Below are positions 37,601 to 49,900 of a DNA stretch of 64,000 nt, piece after piece (position 1 is the stretch's first letter; the number at the start of each line of letters is the position of its first letter). The notes beneath the pieces are model-generated. The model made no database searches, had not been told where the DNA came from, and worked only from the letters and a program-made list of their open reading frames with translations. This DNA is from Salpingoeca rosetta (Eukaryota > Protista > Choanoflagellata). Position numbers and translations under genes: made by a program. The stretch spans positions 506,248 to 570,247 of the forward strand of contig JAWQFM010000014.1 of assembly GCA_033442325.1 (NCBI GenBank). Direction: 5' to 3'.

Positions 37601-40600
37601 CGCGCTTGATGTTGCCCGCGCTGACGAGCACGGCCTTGAGGGAGCGCAGGCCAAAGTCGTAGTGCGACTGCGCGGAGAGCTGCTCCTGGCACAGGATGAA
37701 CAGGGGTACGACCTTGCGCGAGAGCTGCTCCGCGGTGCGGAACCCCTGCGAGAAGAGCATAACCTGGGCAATCAGCTGCCTGTCCGGCTTGGTCATGGCC
37801 AGGTTGCGGAAGAGCTTCTTGAGGTTGTCCGGTAGCGGGGAGCGGCCCGCGTAGCCCGGGTTCATGGTGATGAAGATGGCCATGCTCGGGTTCACGGACA
37901 CGGTGCGGCCTTGAAGCGACACGGTCATGGCCTGGCGGGCGGCCTCGCCCTCCAGCATGCCGCCGGCCTTGATGGCCAGCTGGATGCTCTCAATCTGCTG
38001 CGACACCGCCGAGAGCATGCTCTCCTCCAGGCGGTTGAACTCGTCAAAGCAGCCCCACGCGCCCACCTGGCACAGGCCCACGAAGATGCGGCCCATGGCG
38101 TGGTTGTCAAACGTCTCGTCGCAGTTGAACACCAGCACGAAGCGGCCCAGCTGCGCGCCAAGCGCCTTGACAGACTCCGTCTTGCCCGTGCCTGCGGGGC
38201 CAAAGGGGCTGCCGCCCTGCCGGGCAGCGAGGGCCTGTGTCATGGTGAGGAAGCAGCGGTCCGTGAGCGGCGTCTGCACAAGCTTGTCCACGAGCCCCAG
38301 GTACTCAAACCCGTAGAAGAGGCTCACGTCCGCCATCTTGATGGACAGCTGCTGCAGCACGTCCGTGTTGTACGCGTCAAACTCAAAGCGCATGTTCTGC
38401 AACCACCTAAAGTCGGTGACGGCCGCCACGCGCTCGTCAATGAGGCCGCGGGTGAGGTCGCGCTTGTGCACGAGCTCCGTGATCATCTGCTCCAGCTTCT
38501 TGCGGCGGATGGGCGGCTGGTGCTGCAGCACCGTGTCGGCCAGGGCGTTGAGGGTGGTGATGACGGCGTCCAGTTGCTCCTTCAAGCCCTGCTTGCCGCC
38601 GCCCGAGACGAGCGCCTGCTGCACGCTCTCGGACCACGCCACCTGCGCGCTGAGCACGACAATCTGCGCCTGGAAGGCGTCGAGCCACTTGAGGTAGGAG
38701 GAGAGCTCAAAGGAGGTGGCCAGGTGCTTGATCTGCGTGGTGGAGCGGTTGAGCAGCGAGGCCAGCGCCACCTTCATCTCCTCCTCCAGCGCGGTGAGCC
38801 AGGCGTTGATCTTCCTGTCCTTCACCTGCACGTTGTTGGTGAAGGGGACCACCTCGCCCTCGCGCGAGAGCAGCGCCTTTGCGGCGTCGCCCTGCTCCGT
38901 CAGCTCGACGCTGTTCAGGCCCGCGAACATCTTGCGGAAGTGCTTCTGGATGCGGTCCACGTTCTTGCCGTTGCCGATAATGTCAAGCAGGTCCTCGTCG
39001 CCCACAAAGTAGAAGCGCGGGAACGACGCGCGCTCCTGCTCCAGGTACTTGCTCAGCGCCTTCTGGATCTTGTCCAGGACGTCCTTGAAGTGGTGCAGCG
39101 TGCGCTCGAGGTTGGGGATGTTGAGCACCTCCAGCACCATCGGGTTCTTGGACACCTTGCGCATCAGCGCCACAAACTCGTTGCTCAGGCCCATAAACTT
39201 GTTTGTCTCCGTGGGCAGGAGGACCTTGAGGTCAGCGCTGCCGGTGAAGATGCCCTCCAGGTACACCCACTGGCGCTGCACGTCGATCCACACGTCGTAG
39301 AAGAGGGTGTACAGGGTGTTGAGGCGGTTTTCCCAGGCCAGGGCCTCCTCCTCAAACACCTTGTAGTAAGGGGACAGCTTCATCTGCGCCAGGTTGTTGA
39401 TGTGGTCCTTGGCCAGCGTGAAGAGGTCGTCCCAGCCCTTGATGAGCTTGGTTTTGTTCTGGTAGTTGACCATCTCCAGCTCGTACGCCTGCCAGGCCTC
39501 CTTGATCTGCTTCAGGAACACCTCCAGCGCCTTCTCGCCCTGCGCCTGCAGCACGACGCGGTTGATGGCCTCTGCGTTGCGCTCCAGGTCCACCGCCCAC
39601 ACCTGGCCCAGCGTGAGCGTGACCATGTCCCACGACACGCCCAGCTCCGAGGTGAGCATCTTCCAGTGGCGGCTGGTGAGCGTGTCGCCGCGCAGCACGC
39701 TGATGGTCTCGTTGACCTTGATGTAGGAGCGCGCCTGCTGCAGCAGGTACTCGTAGGCCTCGTACGACTTGACGCGCGCGGGCATGCGCTTGAGCTCGTC
39801 CACGATGCCGTTGAGCTGGCTGCGCAGCTTGGTGGGCACGACGGCGCCCCACTCCGTGGCCTTGAGGTCGGACATGTGCTCCACGACGCGCGACAGGTCG
39901 TGCCAGGAGCCCTTGAGCTCCATCAGCTCCTCCATGCGCGAGGGCAGCCGCGTGTCCTCCTTGATGTCCAGGTCGAGCGCCGTCTTGGCGCGCACCAGGT
40001 TCTCGTACTCGTCCCTGAGGCGGGTGAACCTGCCCTGGAAGATGTTGAGCACGTTGACGGCCTCGGCCGGGTTGACGTCGCCGCCCATGGGCTTGTTCTT
40101 GTCCCAGTCCGCCACCAGCTCCGCAATCTGCGCCTCAATCTGCCGCTCCTCGGAGACGACGCGCATCTGCAGGCTGGTCACCTGGCCCGCAATGGCCGTG
40201 TGCCTGCGCTCCAGGATGCTCAGGAACGCCTCCCACTCGCCCTCGAGCTGCTGCACGCGCAGCCAGTCGCTGGGGAAGGGGAACCGCTGCCGCTCCAGCA
40301 GCTTCTCGCCAGAGACGAAGCACTCAAACTGGGCGGTGAGCGGCTTGACGCGCTTCTTGGCGCCCTGGATGACGCCAATGTAGGTGATGCTGTCGGATGT
40401 CTTGGCAGCCTCCAGCGACATGGCCTCCAGCTTCTCCCGCAGGCCGTGCACCTCGTTGTAGAAGCGGGACATGTGGTCGGCCATGGACGTGGCAAAGTGG
40501 CCGATAATCTCGCGGTGGATGGCGTCGTACTTCATGGCCACGCGCGTCTGCACCTGGCTGTACTCAATGTCCACCGCCGCCAGCGCCTTGCTCGTCTCGG

Positions 40601-43301
40601 ACGTGTCAAAGTGGCGGCGCGCGCGCTTGATCTCCGTGAGCAGCTGCTGCCACGCCATGAGGTCGTCACCGAGGGAGGCAAACACGTTCTCCATCTGCAG
40701 GTCCCACAGCGACTGGTACTGCAGCCACTCGCCCACGTACGCGTCAACCTTGCCCGTCTCCACGTCAATCAGCCGGTGCGCCTGCACCAGGTCGGCGCCG
40801 TCGTTGGGCAGCTTGGCCAGCAGATTGCCGTACTTGGCCACAGACTTGGTGGCGTTGGCCGTGTCAAGCGGGTCCGTGTGCAGGCGGGCGAGGCTGGTGA
40901 CCACGGACAGGTGCACCTGCAGCTGCTGCACCAAAGCCTGGCGTGCGCTCTCCACCGGTGGGGTGAGCATGATCACCTGGTTGCGAATCTGCAGCTCGTG
41001 CTTGGCGCGTGCAATCTCGGGCAGGTCCTCGTCGTCCTCCACGTCCGCGTCCCAGCTCTCCGCTGCACGAGAGGCGTGGGCGAGCGCCTTGGTCCACGCT
41101 ACGAGCGCGTGGTGCAGGCGTGCCGCGAGCTTCTGCTCCACCTGCGCATTCAGGTCATCACACCACTGCTGCAGGTTGACGTACTTCTCGGCCTTCATCT
41201 TGTTCAACACGTCCTGCCCACGCTTGATCAAATCCTGCAAGGTGAAGAAAACGGGGGGGAGGGGATGTTGAGTGAGGTGAAGGAAGAAAGAGTGTTGAAA
41301 CAGGAGAAGAAGGAGATGCGAGGGAGTGTGGAGTGTGTGTGTTGTTGTTGTTGAGAGGCAGGGAAAACGCATGAACCAAACACGTGCACACATGCACAAC
41401 ACAGGCACGCACAAAACCAAACACGCAAACACAAACACACAACCCCAAACACATCAACACACATAAGCACACAACCCCAAACACATCAACACACATAAGC
41501 ACACAACCCCAAACACATCAACACACATAAGCACACAACCCCAAACACAATTAGCACACCAACACGGGAGCGGAACGCACTTGGAATTTCTTGTTGCTGT
41601 AGTCGCAGGTGGTGAGGGAGGTGAGCATCTTCTTGATGCGGTCGTCATAGCCAAAGAGCGCCTGCACGCGGCGGTGCAGCTCGGTGACGTTTCGTGAGAG
41701 CTCGTACGCATACGCCTCCAAGGGGCTCTCCCAGGTGAGGTCCATGCCGTAGGCAATCTGGTCGTGCACGCGGTTGTACCAGCGCGCAACGAGCGGGGTG
41801 AGGTGCGGCCTGTCGTCCAGCTGGTTCATGGCGATGGAGTACGTCTTGATGCTGTTCTTGAGGGAGATGACATACGGGTACAGCATGTTGGCCTTCTTGG
41901 CCTTGACGACGGCGAGCTTGGGCACGCGGGGCACGTTCTTGAGCCAGCCCATGATGCGCACCTCCTTGGCCATGGTGATGAGGCGCTCGTGGAAGTTGAC
42001 AAACATCTCCAGGCGCGTCTTCTCGCCGCGGAACAGCTCAATGTCGAAGATGGTGTTCTTGAACGTGATGTCCTGCGTCTCAATCTCCTGCAGCCAGAGG
42101 TCGTACGGGTTGGCCTGGCGCAGCTTCTCCTTGAACGTCTCGCCGCGCTCCTTCAGCTCGCGCCCGTCCACGTGCTTCATCCAGTTGGGCCCGAGCACGT
42201 GCCCGACGCGCTCCAGGTAGTCGTCGAGCTGCCGCTCAATCTGCGCCATCCAGATGATCTGCCCAGAGGTGGGCGGGATGTCGCGGGCCGCGCTCATGTG
42301 GCTGTTGTTGCTGTTGTGGTACTGCATCTTGAACTTCTTGTGCAGCTCGATAATGTCGTCCTTGACGTTGGACATGAGCTGCTTCTGGTACGAGCGCACG
42401 GCGTTGCGGATGCGCGGGCGGTCCAGCAGCGCGTAGTAGTGGCGGAAGATGCGGAACATGTCCGACGACTTGGCTGCATGGTCAAGCTCGTGGCACAGGT
42501 GCTTGATGATGGTGTCCTCCACCTGGTTCACGCGCGCCTCATAGCTCTCGCAGGCGCGGTCCCACGCCCGCTGGCCCTCCTCCTCCAGGTCAAGCACGTC
42601 CACGCTGCGCATCTCGTCGTACGCGTTCTCCACCTCGGCCAGCGCGTTGTCCTCGTCCGCGTCGGGCTCAATCCCGCGCTGCTTCAGCACCACGGAGATG
42701 CGCTGTTTGAGGTCGTCATGGCGCAGCCGAAAGTCGTGCACGAGGGCAAGCCGCTCCTGCAGGGCCTTGTGCTCGGGGACCACACGCCGAGCAGTGGCCC
42801 GCCCGCCGCGCTGGGTGCTGCGCAGCTCCTGGATGATGGTGCGGAAGTCGGACTTGTCGTTCCACTCGCGGAAGAGCTGGTTGCACTGGTTGTACAGGTT
42901 CTCAAACTCGGGGATGGGCATGTGCATGAGCTTCTTCTTGGAGAGGATCTTGAGCAGCTGGCTGTTGACGTCGCGGGAGATGGCCTTGATGAGCTCAATA
43001 AACCGCTCGCGCGGGTACCGCGTGTGCTTCACCTTCTTCATGTGCTGGAACACCTCCAGCATGGCCTCCACAAGCTTCTTGATGTCCGTGGCAATGAGGA
43101 TGGCGTTGATCGGGAAGTCCTTCATCAGCGTGTTGTAGTCCAGCACGGTGTCGTACATGGACAGGTTGGTGTCTGTCTCAAAGCTCTTGAGGATGGTCAG
43201 TCGCTTGGCCTCCCGCAGCACTGCCAGCGTCAGCGTCACGTCGTCCTCGGCCAGCCGCACCTTTAGCTGCGACAGTGCGCGCTCCATCGACAGCCAGAAC
43301 C

Positions 43302-43366
<65 letters not shown>

Positions 43367-44242
43367 CGTGCGTGTGTGTCATGTGTGTGTGTCATGCACG
43401 TGTCATGCACGAGCCATGCGCGTGAGAGCAACTTACAAGCGTCAACAAGGGCCATGCAGAGCTTGTAGTACATGCCGGCCTCGTAAGGAGTGTGCTCAAT
43501 CTGCACCGCACGACACGATTGGAATGTGTTTGTTTTGGAGGGAGGGAGGAGCAGCAACCGTCGTGGGAAACATCATGCATGAGGCACCATGCGGTGTGTT
43601 GACGCACACACATGCGTAGCAGCAGCAACAGCAGCAGTAGCACCAGGGCATGTGGGGGACAGACAAGCACGCACACACAAGCACAGACAGACATACACAC
43701 CCACACCCACACATACCCACACATACACACACACACACACATGCAAACACACACACGCCCGCACACATCAAATACACAAGCAACACACGCCATAGCAGCA
43801 CATACGTCATTCACATCGAAACATGTAGCGGGGGGAAGCACACCGCATTCTTCGGGGATGGGCATGTGCATGAGCTTCTCTGGAGAGGATCTTGAGCAGC
43901 TGCTGTTGACGTCGCGGGAGATGGCCTTGATGAGCTCAATAAACCGCTCGCGCGGGTACCGCGTGTGCTTCACCTTCTTCATGTGCTGGAACACCTCCAG
44001 CATGGCCTCCACAAGCTTCTTGATGTCCGTGGCAATGAGGATGGCGTTGATCGGGAAGTCCTTCATCAGCGTGTTGTAGTCCAGCACGGTGTCGTACATG
44101 GACAGGTTGGTGTCTGTCTCAAAGCTCTTGAGGATGGTCAGTCGCTTGGCCTCCCGCAGCACTGCCAGCGTCAGCGTCACGTCGTCCTCGGCCAGCCGCA
44201 CCTTTAGCTGCGACAGTGCGCGCTCCATCGACAGCCAGAACC

Positions 44243-44319
<77 letters not shown>

Positions 44320-46346
44320 AAGGGGGTTCGTGTGTAAATTGGTGAGCGTGTGTGGTGAGAACTGAGTGCGAAGAAACAGCATTGTGACAAACTCACAGAT
44401 GAAGCCACAGCCTCAGAGATATGTGGCACACCCACACCACATAAATGCACACGCACACAGGTTGCGCACAGGTTACGCACATGCATGCACACATGCACCC
44501 ACACGAAGACGGACACATGCACACTGCACCTGATTTCCTGGCGCGCGCTGCCTGTGGAGAGGTCGCGTTCGAGGCGGGTGACCTGCTGAATGTCCTTGAT
44601 CCAGCGCAGCACCACCCGCTCAAGCGACTTGACGTACGCGTCGTCGTGCACCAAGTCCCCCATGTCAGCAAGCGTCGGGCTGCGACCGGCCTTTCGCGCC
44701 TGTTTGGGAAACACAGAGGAGGGATGGGCGGAGAAACGTGTATTGGTGCGTCCGTGAGGCAATTGCTCGACCGCGCAGTCATCATCACACGCACACACGC
44801 ACACGCACGCACGCGCCGCACGTGCGCGCGCGCGAACATAATGCACCGACGCAGACACACACGCGAACGCACACACGCATACAGATCACGCAGCGCCATG
44901 CACCGCACCTCGGAGACCGCGGCGGCGATGGCCTTCTCAGGCACAATCTCAATCTGGGGAATGTCTGTATCCTGCTGCAGATGCGAGAGGAGTGTTTCCA
45001 GCTCGTTGATGGCCTTGCTCGCAGGCTTGATGCTCTCCTTGTCGGCAGCACCGGACCCTTTTGCCAGGCTGTTGAAGAATGGTTGTACGTATTGCTGCAC
45101 CAGCGCATGCAGCATCCCAAACGGCTTGCCTGGCGGGTTGTGCGTGTATGTATGAGAGTGTGTGCATGAGTGTGTGTATTTGTGAACGTGTGTTCGTGTT
45201 TGGTCGTGTGTGTGTGTATTTGTGAACGTGTGTTCGTGTTTGGTCGTGTGTGTGTGTGTGTGTGTATTTGTGAACGTGTGTTCGTGTTTGGTCGTGTGTG
45301 TGTGTGTGTGCTTGTTTCTGTTTGTTTGTACTTGTTAAGACGACGTGTGTGAGGGATGCAGTCAGCATGGCCAAAGTCTCCAGTACATGCACAGGAATGG
45401 CGCTCGATCCTTGGTCATGTGCACCACAACTCACCGTCAGAGAAGACAACACAGTGCAGCTGCAGCGCCAGATCGTTGGGCGCGAGCGGGTCTTTGGGAT
45501 TCTTCTTCACAAAGGCACATGCTGCGTAGCTTGCACCTAAGCTCTTGATCTGTGTGCGTGTGTGTGTGTGTGTGTGCGTGTGCGTGTGCGTGTGCGTGTG
45601 TGTATGTGTGTGAATACGTGAGCGAGTGTGGTTGTGTGTAAAGGCTGCCATGGGTCAGTGTCAACACCTGCGAACACAATACTTCAGCAAACCCACCTCA
45701 TCCGTGATGATGATCTCTTGTTGGTCGTCTTGGTCACCTAGAGGTTCAATTGAGCCAGTGGATGCAAAATGTGAGCACAAGCGCAAACACACAACATACA
45801 CACATATACACGCACGCGCACACAGACTGGGATGGGATCCAACCAAACACTGCTGCGTCAAACGCAAACAGCTGCCAAGAACGCACTTTTGCCTGTGTTT
45901 CGGTGGACCATGAGCGCTCGCTTGTTTGGATCGGCGGCAAAGCTACACAAGTGGAGAGAGTGCGTGTTTGTGCGCACGTGAGGGACAAGAGTAGGTGTGG
46001 AGTGCGAGAAGCGTGTGTGTGTGTGTGATGTGAAAGTGCAAGCGACCCAGCAAGACATGGCAAGAAGGGGGGGGGGGTTCACTTGTTTGTGCCGCACACC
46101 CAGACACAAAGCACACACACGCACGCACAACACAAACACCACATATGGCCATAATGAATGCACAGAGGTTTGCTGCAAAGGAGTTCACCTGGTGAGGAGT
46201 GGCTCTGCCTCTGCCAGCGTGTCAGCGAGGCTGGCTTCGCCGCCACCAAGTAGAAGTGGCACAACATCGCGAAGATAGTCCACAATCTCTTTGGTATCAA
46301 TGACCTCGGCAACATGATCCGTGCCGTTCAGCTCCTCCGCACTCAT
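28399..46346 (-). CDS. DYNC1H1: Cytoplasmic dynein-1 heavy chain
   Basis: ATG 46346. P-loops GPAGTGKT, GPSGVGKS, GPPGSGKT, GVSGCGRT; WGCFDEFNRL; stalk/MTBD; C-terminus FYRRGVALMCSS matches the dynein-1 type. Exons include 46189-46346, 45887-45942, 45435-45536, 44909-45129, 44530-44699, 41581-43300, 31698-41234 and five 3' exons down to stop 28399-28401. Confidence 0.97.
30480..30652 (+). repeat. Interrupted (AAC)n array with recurring TTAAAC units in a dynein intron
   Basis: Directly visible. Confidence 0.9.
41438..41549 (+). repeat. 30-bp minisatellite (cacaaccccaaacacatcaacacacataag), ~3.5 copies, in a dynein intron
   Basis: Directly visible tandem copies. Confidence 0.9.
43851..44241 (-). 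pseudogene. Truncated duplicate of the first ~390 nt of dynein exon 41581-43300 (probable misassembly)
   Basis: Matches 42910-43300 including the (CA)n-CGCAG acceptor. Small deletions accumulate at its 3' end (~43851-43905) and shift the frame. Confidence 0.8.
45170..45300 (+). repeat. Three copies of (tg)n-tatttgtgaacgtgtgttcgtgtttggtcg in a dynein intron
   Basis: Directly visible tandem copies with a variable TG spacer. Confidence 0.9.
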
Positions 46347-46933
46347 CGCGCTGCTGCTGCTGCTGCTGCTGCGCCTGCGGAGTGCCGTCTCTCGTTCCCA
46401 ACACGCTTCCTCTTCCTCCTCTACTTCTCCTCTTGTCTCTGAACTTCAGTCCACTCTACAGCAATGCACACAAAGAAGCAAGCAAGCAAGCAAGAAGCGA
46501 GCGAGCCTTCTCCGTCGTCGTTGCAGTGGCGGAGGAGAAGCGGCAAAAATAAACAATTCTCTATTTTATCGTGCCGTATGGAACGGGCCCAAACAAGGGG
46601 AAGGGAACAACAAGCGAACCATTAAGAGAACCTTCACAGAGGTCAGACAGTCATTTGTCGTTCCACTGCTTCATGCACAAGAAAGTCGAGGCACACTGCA
46701 GGCACTGAGGTGAGGCGGAAGCCAGAGAGGGTCATCCCTTCTTCCCTTCATCCGCACACACACACACACACGCCACATACCACCTGTGGTTTTCCTTCAA
46801 GCCTTCAGGGCGCGCACATGCGTGCACAGCTCGACCTCAAAGCAAAAGCTCAAAAGAAAGAAGCAAAGGACTCTAAGGACTGGAAGCAAGACAAGAAGCT
46901 TAGAGGAGACTGAAACTCCTCACAAACTGAGGC

Positions 46934-49900
46934 ATGGCGACCAGCAGAAGCAAGATGACTAAGGCACAATCCAGACGAACCATCCAAGGCCGATGTAGAG
47001 TTGCCGTCAGCCCCAACAAGCAGGCTGTTTTGGTCCTGGCAGGTGTCCTGCTATTCTTGCTATTGCCCTTACTCTCGGCAGTTGCCACGCCTGCTACTCC
47101 AACTCCTGCCCAACCGCTTGGCGATGTCGACCTGACAGCGGATGCCCATGAACAAGCCTTGCACGAAGGCAGCACTAGCACTAGCACCAGCACCGAGAGC
47201 ACCGACAACCACTTCCACAGCACCGACGACAACAGTGCAGCCATCTGCCACGACGCCCGAGTCGCCCTTGAGGTCGTCACGGAGGCAATTCTCTTGACCA
47301 CAAGGAGCGAAGAGGAAACGCAGGAGGAGAATTCGCAGGAGGAGGTGGTTGCAGACCACAACGGCGACAAGCTCCCCATGCATGCGCACTTGCATGCGTT
47401 GCAGCGCGTCATCAACGCCCACTGCCAACAACAACAACACCAACAGCAGCAGCAAGATGAAAAACAACAACAACAGCAGCAGCAAGGAGGGCAAGGAGAA
47501 GACACCGACGACAACAGCAGCGCCATCCTCAAGGCTGTCGCACGAGCTGCTCTTCCGCTGCAACATGCCTCGCCTTTCCCTCTCCTTACCCAGCAGCATC
47601 AACGTCAACAACAGCAGCGGCGGCGGAGAGACGTTGTGGCAGAAGCAGAGCCCCCCACGGACTTTGTCTTTGACCGCTGCACCGCTTCAGCGATCATCAA
47701 AGGCAATTGCACGGTGCCCGCTTCTGAAGACACCATCGCTGGCGGCACGTTGACCATTGCATTCGATGCACCAAACGACGCCACAGCCCTGTTGGAGGAG
47801 ATCGAACCCAGCTCGGAAGCTGCCACTGCCGCAGCTCAACTCTGCAACTCATTGCAGCCACGTGCCTTGGTTATCGCGGGCACCGTGCACAACACCGATT
47901 TGGAATGGGTACTGAGCCACACACAGTGCACAACAGTCCAGCGTGTGAATGTCACAGGCCTGCTTGGCCCAGACTTCTTCTTCAACACCTTCAACCCGCT
48001 GACGAGTATTCTAAAAATCGAGATCCGTGATAGCAGTTTTGTGCGCTTGGCTCAGAACAACCAGGATGCATCCCCCCATCAGACGTTTGCGCACGCTGGC
48101 CAGATCACGTCCATCCTCACCCACAACACCCTGGTGGGTGGCATAGACCAAGGCGCTTTTGCAGGCATGTCGCAGCTACGCTCACTCACCCTGCAGCGCG
48201 GGCGGCTGCGGGAGATCACAGCAGAACACTTTGCGGACTTGACCAATCTTCGCACGCTCACTCTGCGCCGCAACCTCATCACACGCATTGCGCCTAACGC
48301 CCTCAGCTCAACAACAGCTTTGGAAAGCCTGGACCTGAATCAGAATGGCTTCGGAGAGCTGCCCGCCACTTTGTTCGAGGCCCCAGTCAATCTCACCTCC
48401 ATCAACATCGGGGTCAACTTCATTGAAACCCTCCCCGAAACCATCTTCTCGAACCTCGCCAAACTGAAGCACCTATCCATCAACAACTGCTTCCTCACCA
48501 CGCTTCCGCCCACGCTGCTCCATGCCAACACCATGTTGCACCATATCCACTTGCGAGAAAACAAGTTGGAGGTTCTCCCGTCTGCCGTTTTCTCCAACCT
48601 TTCGGCATTGGAAGAGCTTGACCTGCGCCGCAACTATTTCACAGAGATTGACCTGTCTTGGTTTGCGGCCGAGATGCCAGCTCTGAAGTCGTTTGACTTG
48701 AGCCAGAACAACATCGAGGTACTGCCACAGAACTTGCTGGCAGCTTTCCCTGCCCTTCGAACGCTCCAGCTCCAATCAAACGCGCTGACGAATCTTCAAC
48801 CAGGAATCATTTCTGAGCACTCCCAGCTTGTTTCCATTGACCTCAGCTACAATCAATTGGTCCAACTTCCACCTGATTCGTTTCGCAGCTTCCCAAACCT
48901 TGAAAGGCTCGCACTCTCCAACAATGCATTGGAGGTCTTTCCTCACAATGTGAGCCTGCCCCAGTTGAGAATTCTTCGACTTCTGAACAACCCCCTCAAA
49001 ACAGCGGTTGATGTGCAAAGGCTTCAACGCTTGGAGGAGCTCCGTTTCAACGGGCACTTGTTGTCAAAAGTTGACATCACACCGTATTTGAACCTGCATC
49101 GACTCCACTCCCTATCGGTTCGACCAGCCACTTCTCTCGAGAGCACTCTCATTTTTCACGAAGGCAGGATCAACACCACGAACCTTTGCCGCCTGCGACA
49201 CCTGAACATTCGGAACATGCACTTCTCTGGTTTCCTGAGATGGCTGGTTCAGCACCAGGTTCAACTTCGCAGCCTCTACGTCGGCGCCCCACATATGAAT
49301 GCCATGACAGCCCCTGTTAGTGAAATATGCAGTGCGTTGGCATCAGACGTGGAAAGCCTCGCCATCATCAACACCGCTTACGAAGAACTACGTCTGTGTC
49401 CAAACACCTCCATCCAAGCCGTGTTTCTCGATCAAAATCACGCTTTGACGACCGTTGAGGTGGAGTCTCCGACTCGCACCTTAAACGTGTCATCCTGCCC
49501 AAACCTGGAGACAATTCACGTGCCAGTGGCCGAGGTGCTAGACATCAGTCGCACCAAGGTCCCTTTCCAACGCGGGTTCTGCCGCACACTCGGCACGCGC
49601 GTCCTGGTCGCACAGCAGTGGCAAGAGCGCGGCAAGCCCGACGTTCAGCGGCTCTCGCCATTGCTTCTGCAGTGCATTGTGTTTAGCGACGTTGAGGTTG
49701 TGGACCTGAGCGACAACGACTGGATCGACCAGCCGCACCTGCTCAATGCGCCACTCAACAGACCGGTGGCGTTTCGGAAAGACCAGCCAGACGCTGCATT
49801 GTTTGGGGTGGTGCATTTCCGGCAAGTTATCCCCAGCATTGAGCTGTTTCGATCCCCGGTGGAGTGTCGACTGCGTGTTACGACTCAACCTACGGGGGAA

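Noticed and set aside
31836-41354. Very long plus-strand ORFs (1999 aa and 1147 aa)
   Set aside because: Antisense shadows of the strongly GC3-biased dynein exon; no independent motifs.
41438-45300. Minisatellites as possible CRISPR-like arrays
   Set aside because: No unique spacers, no cas genes, intronic eukaryotic context.
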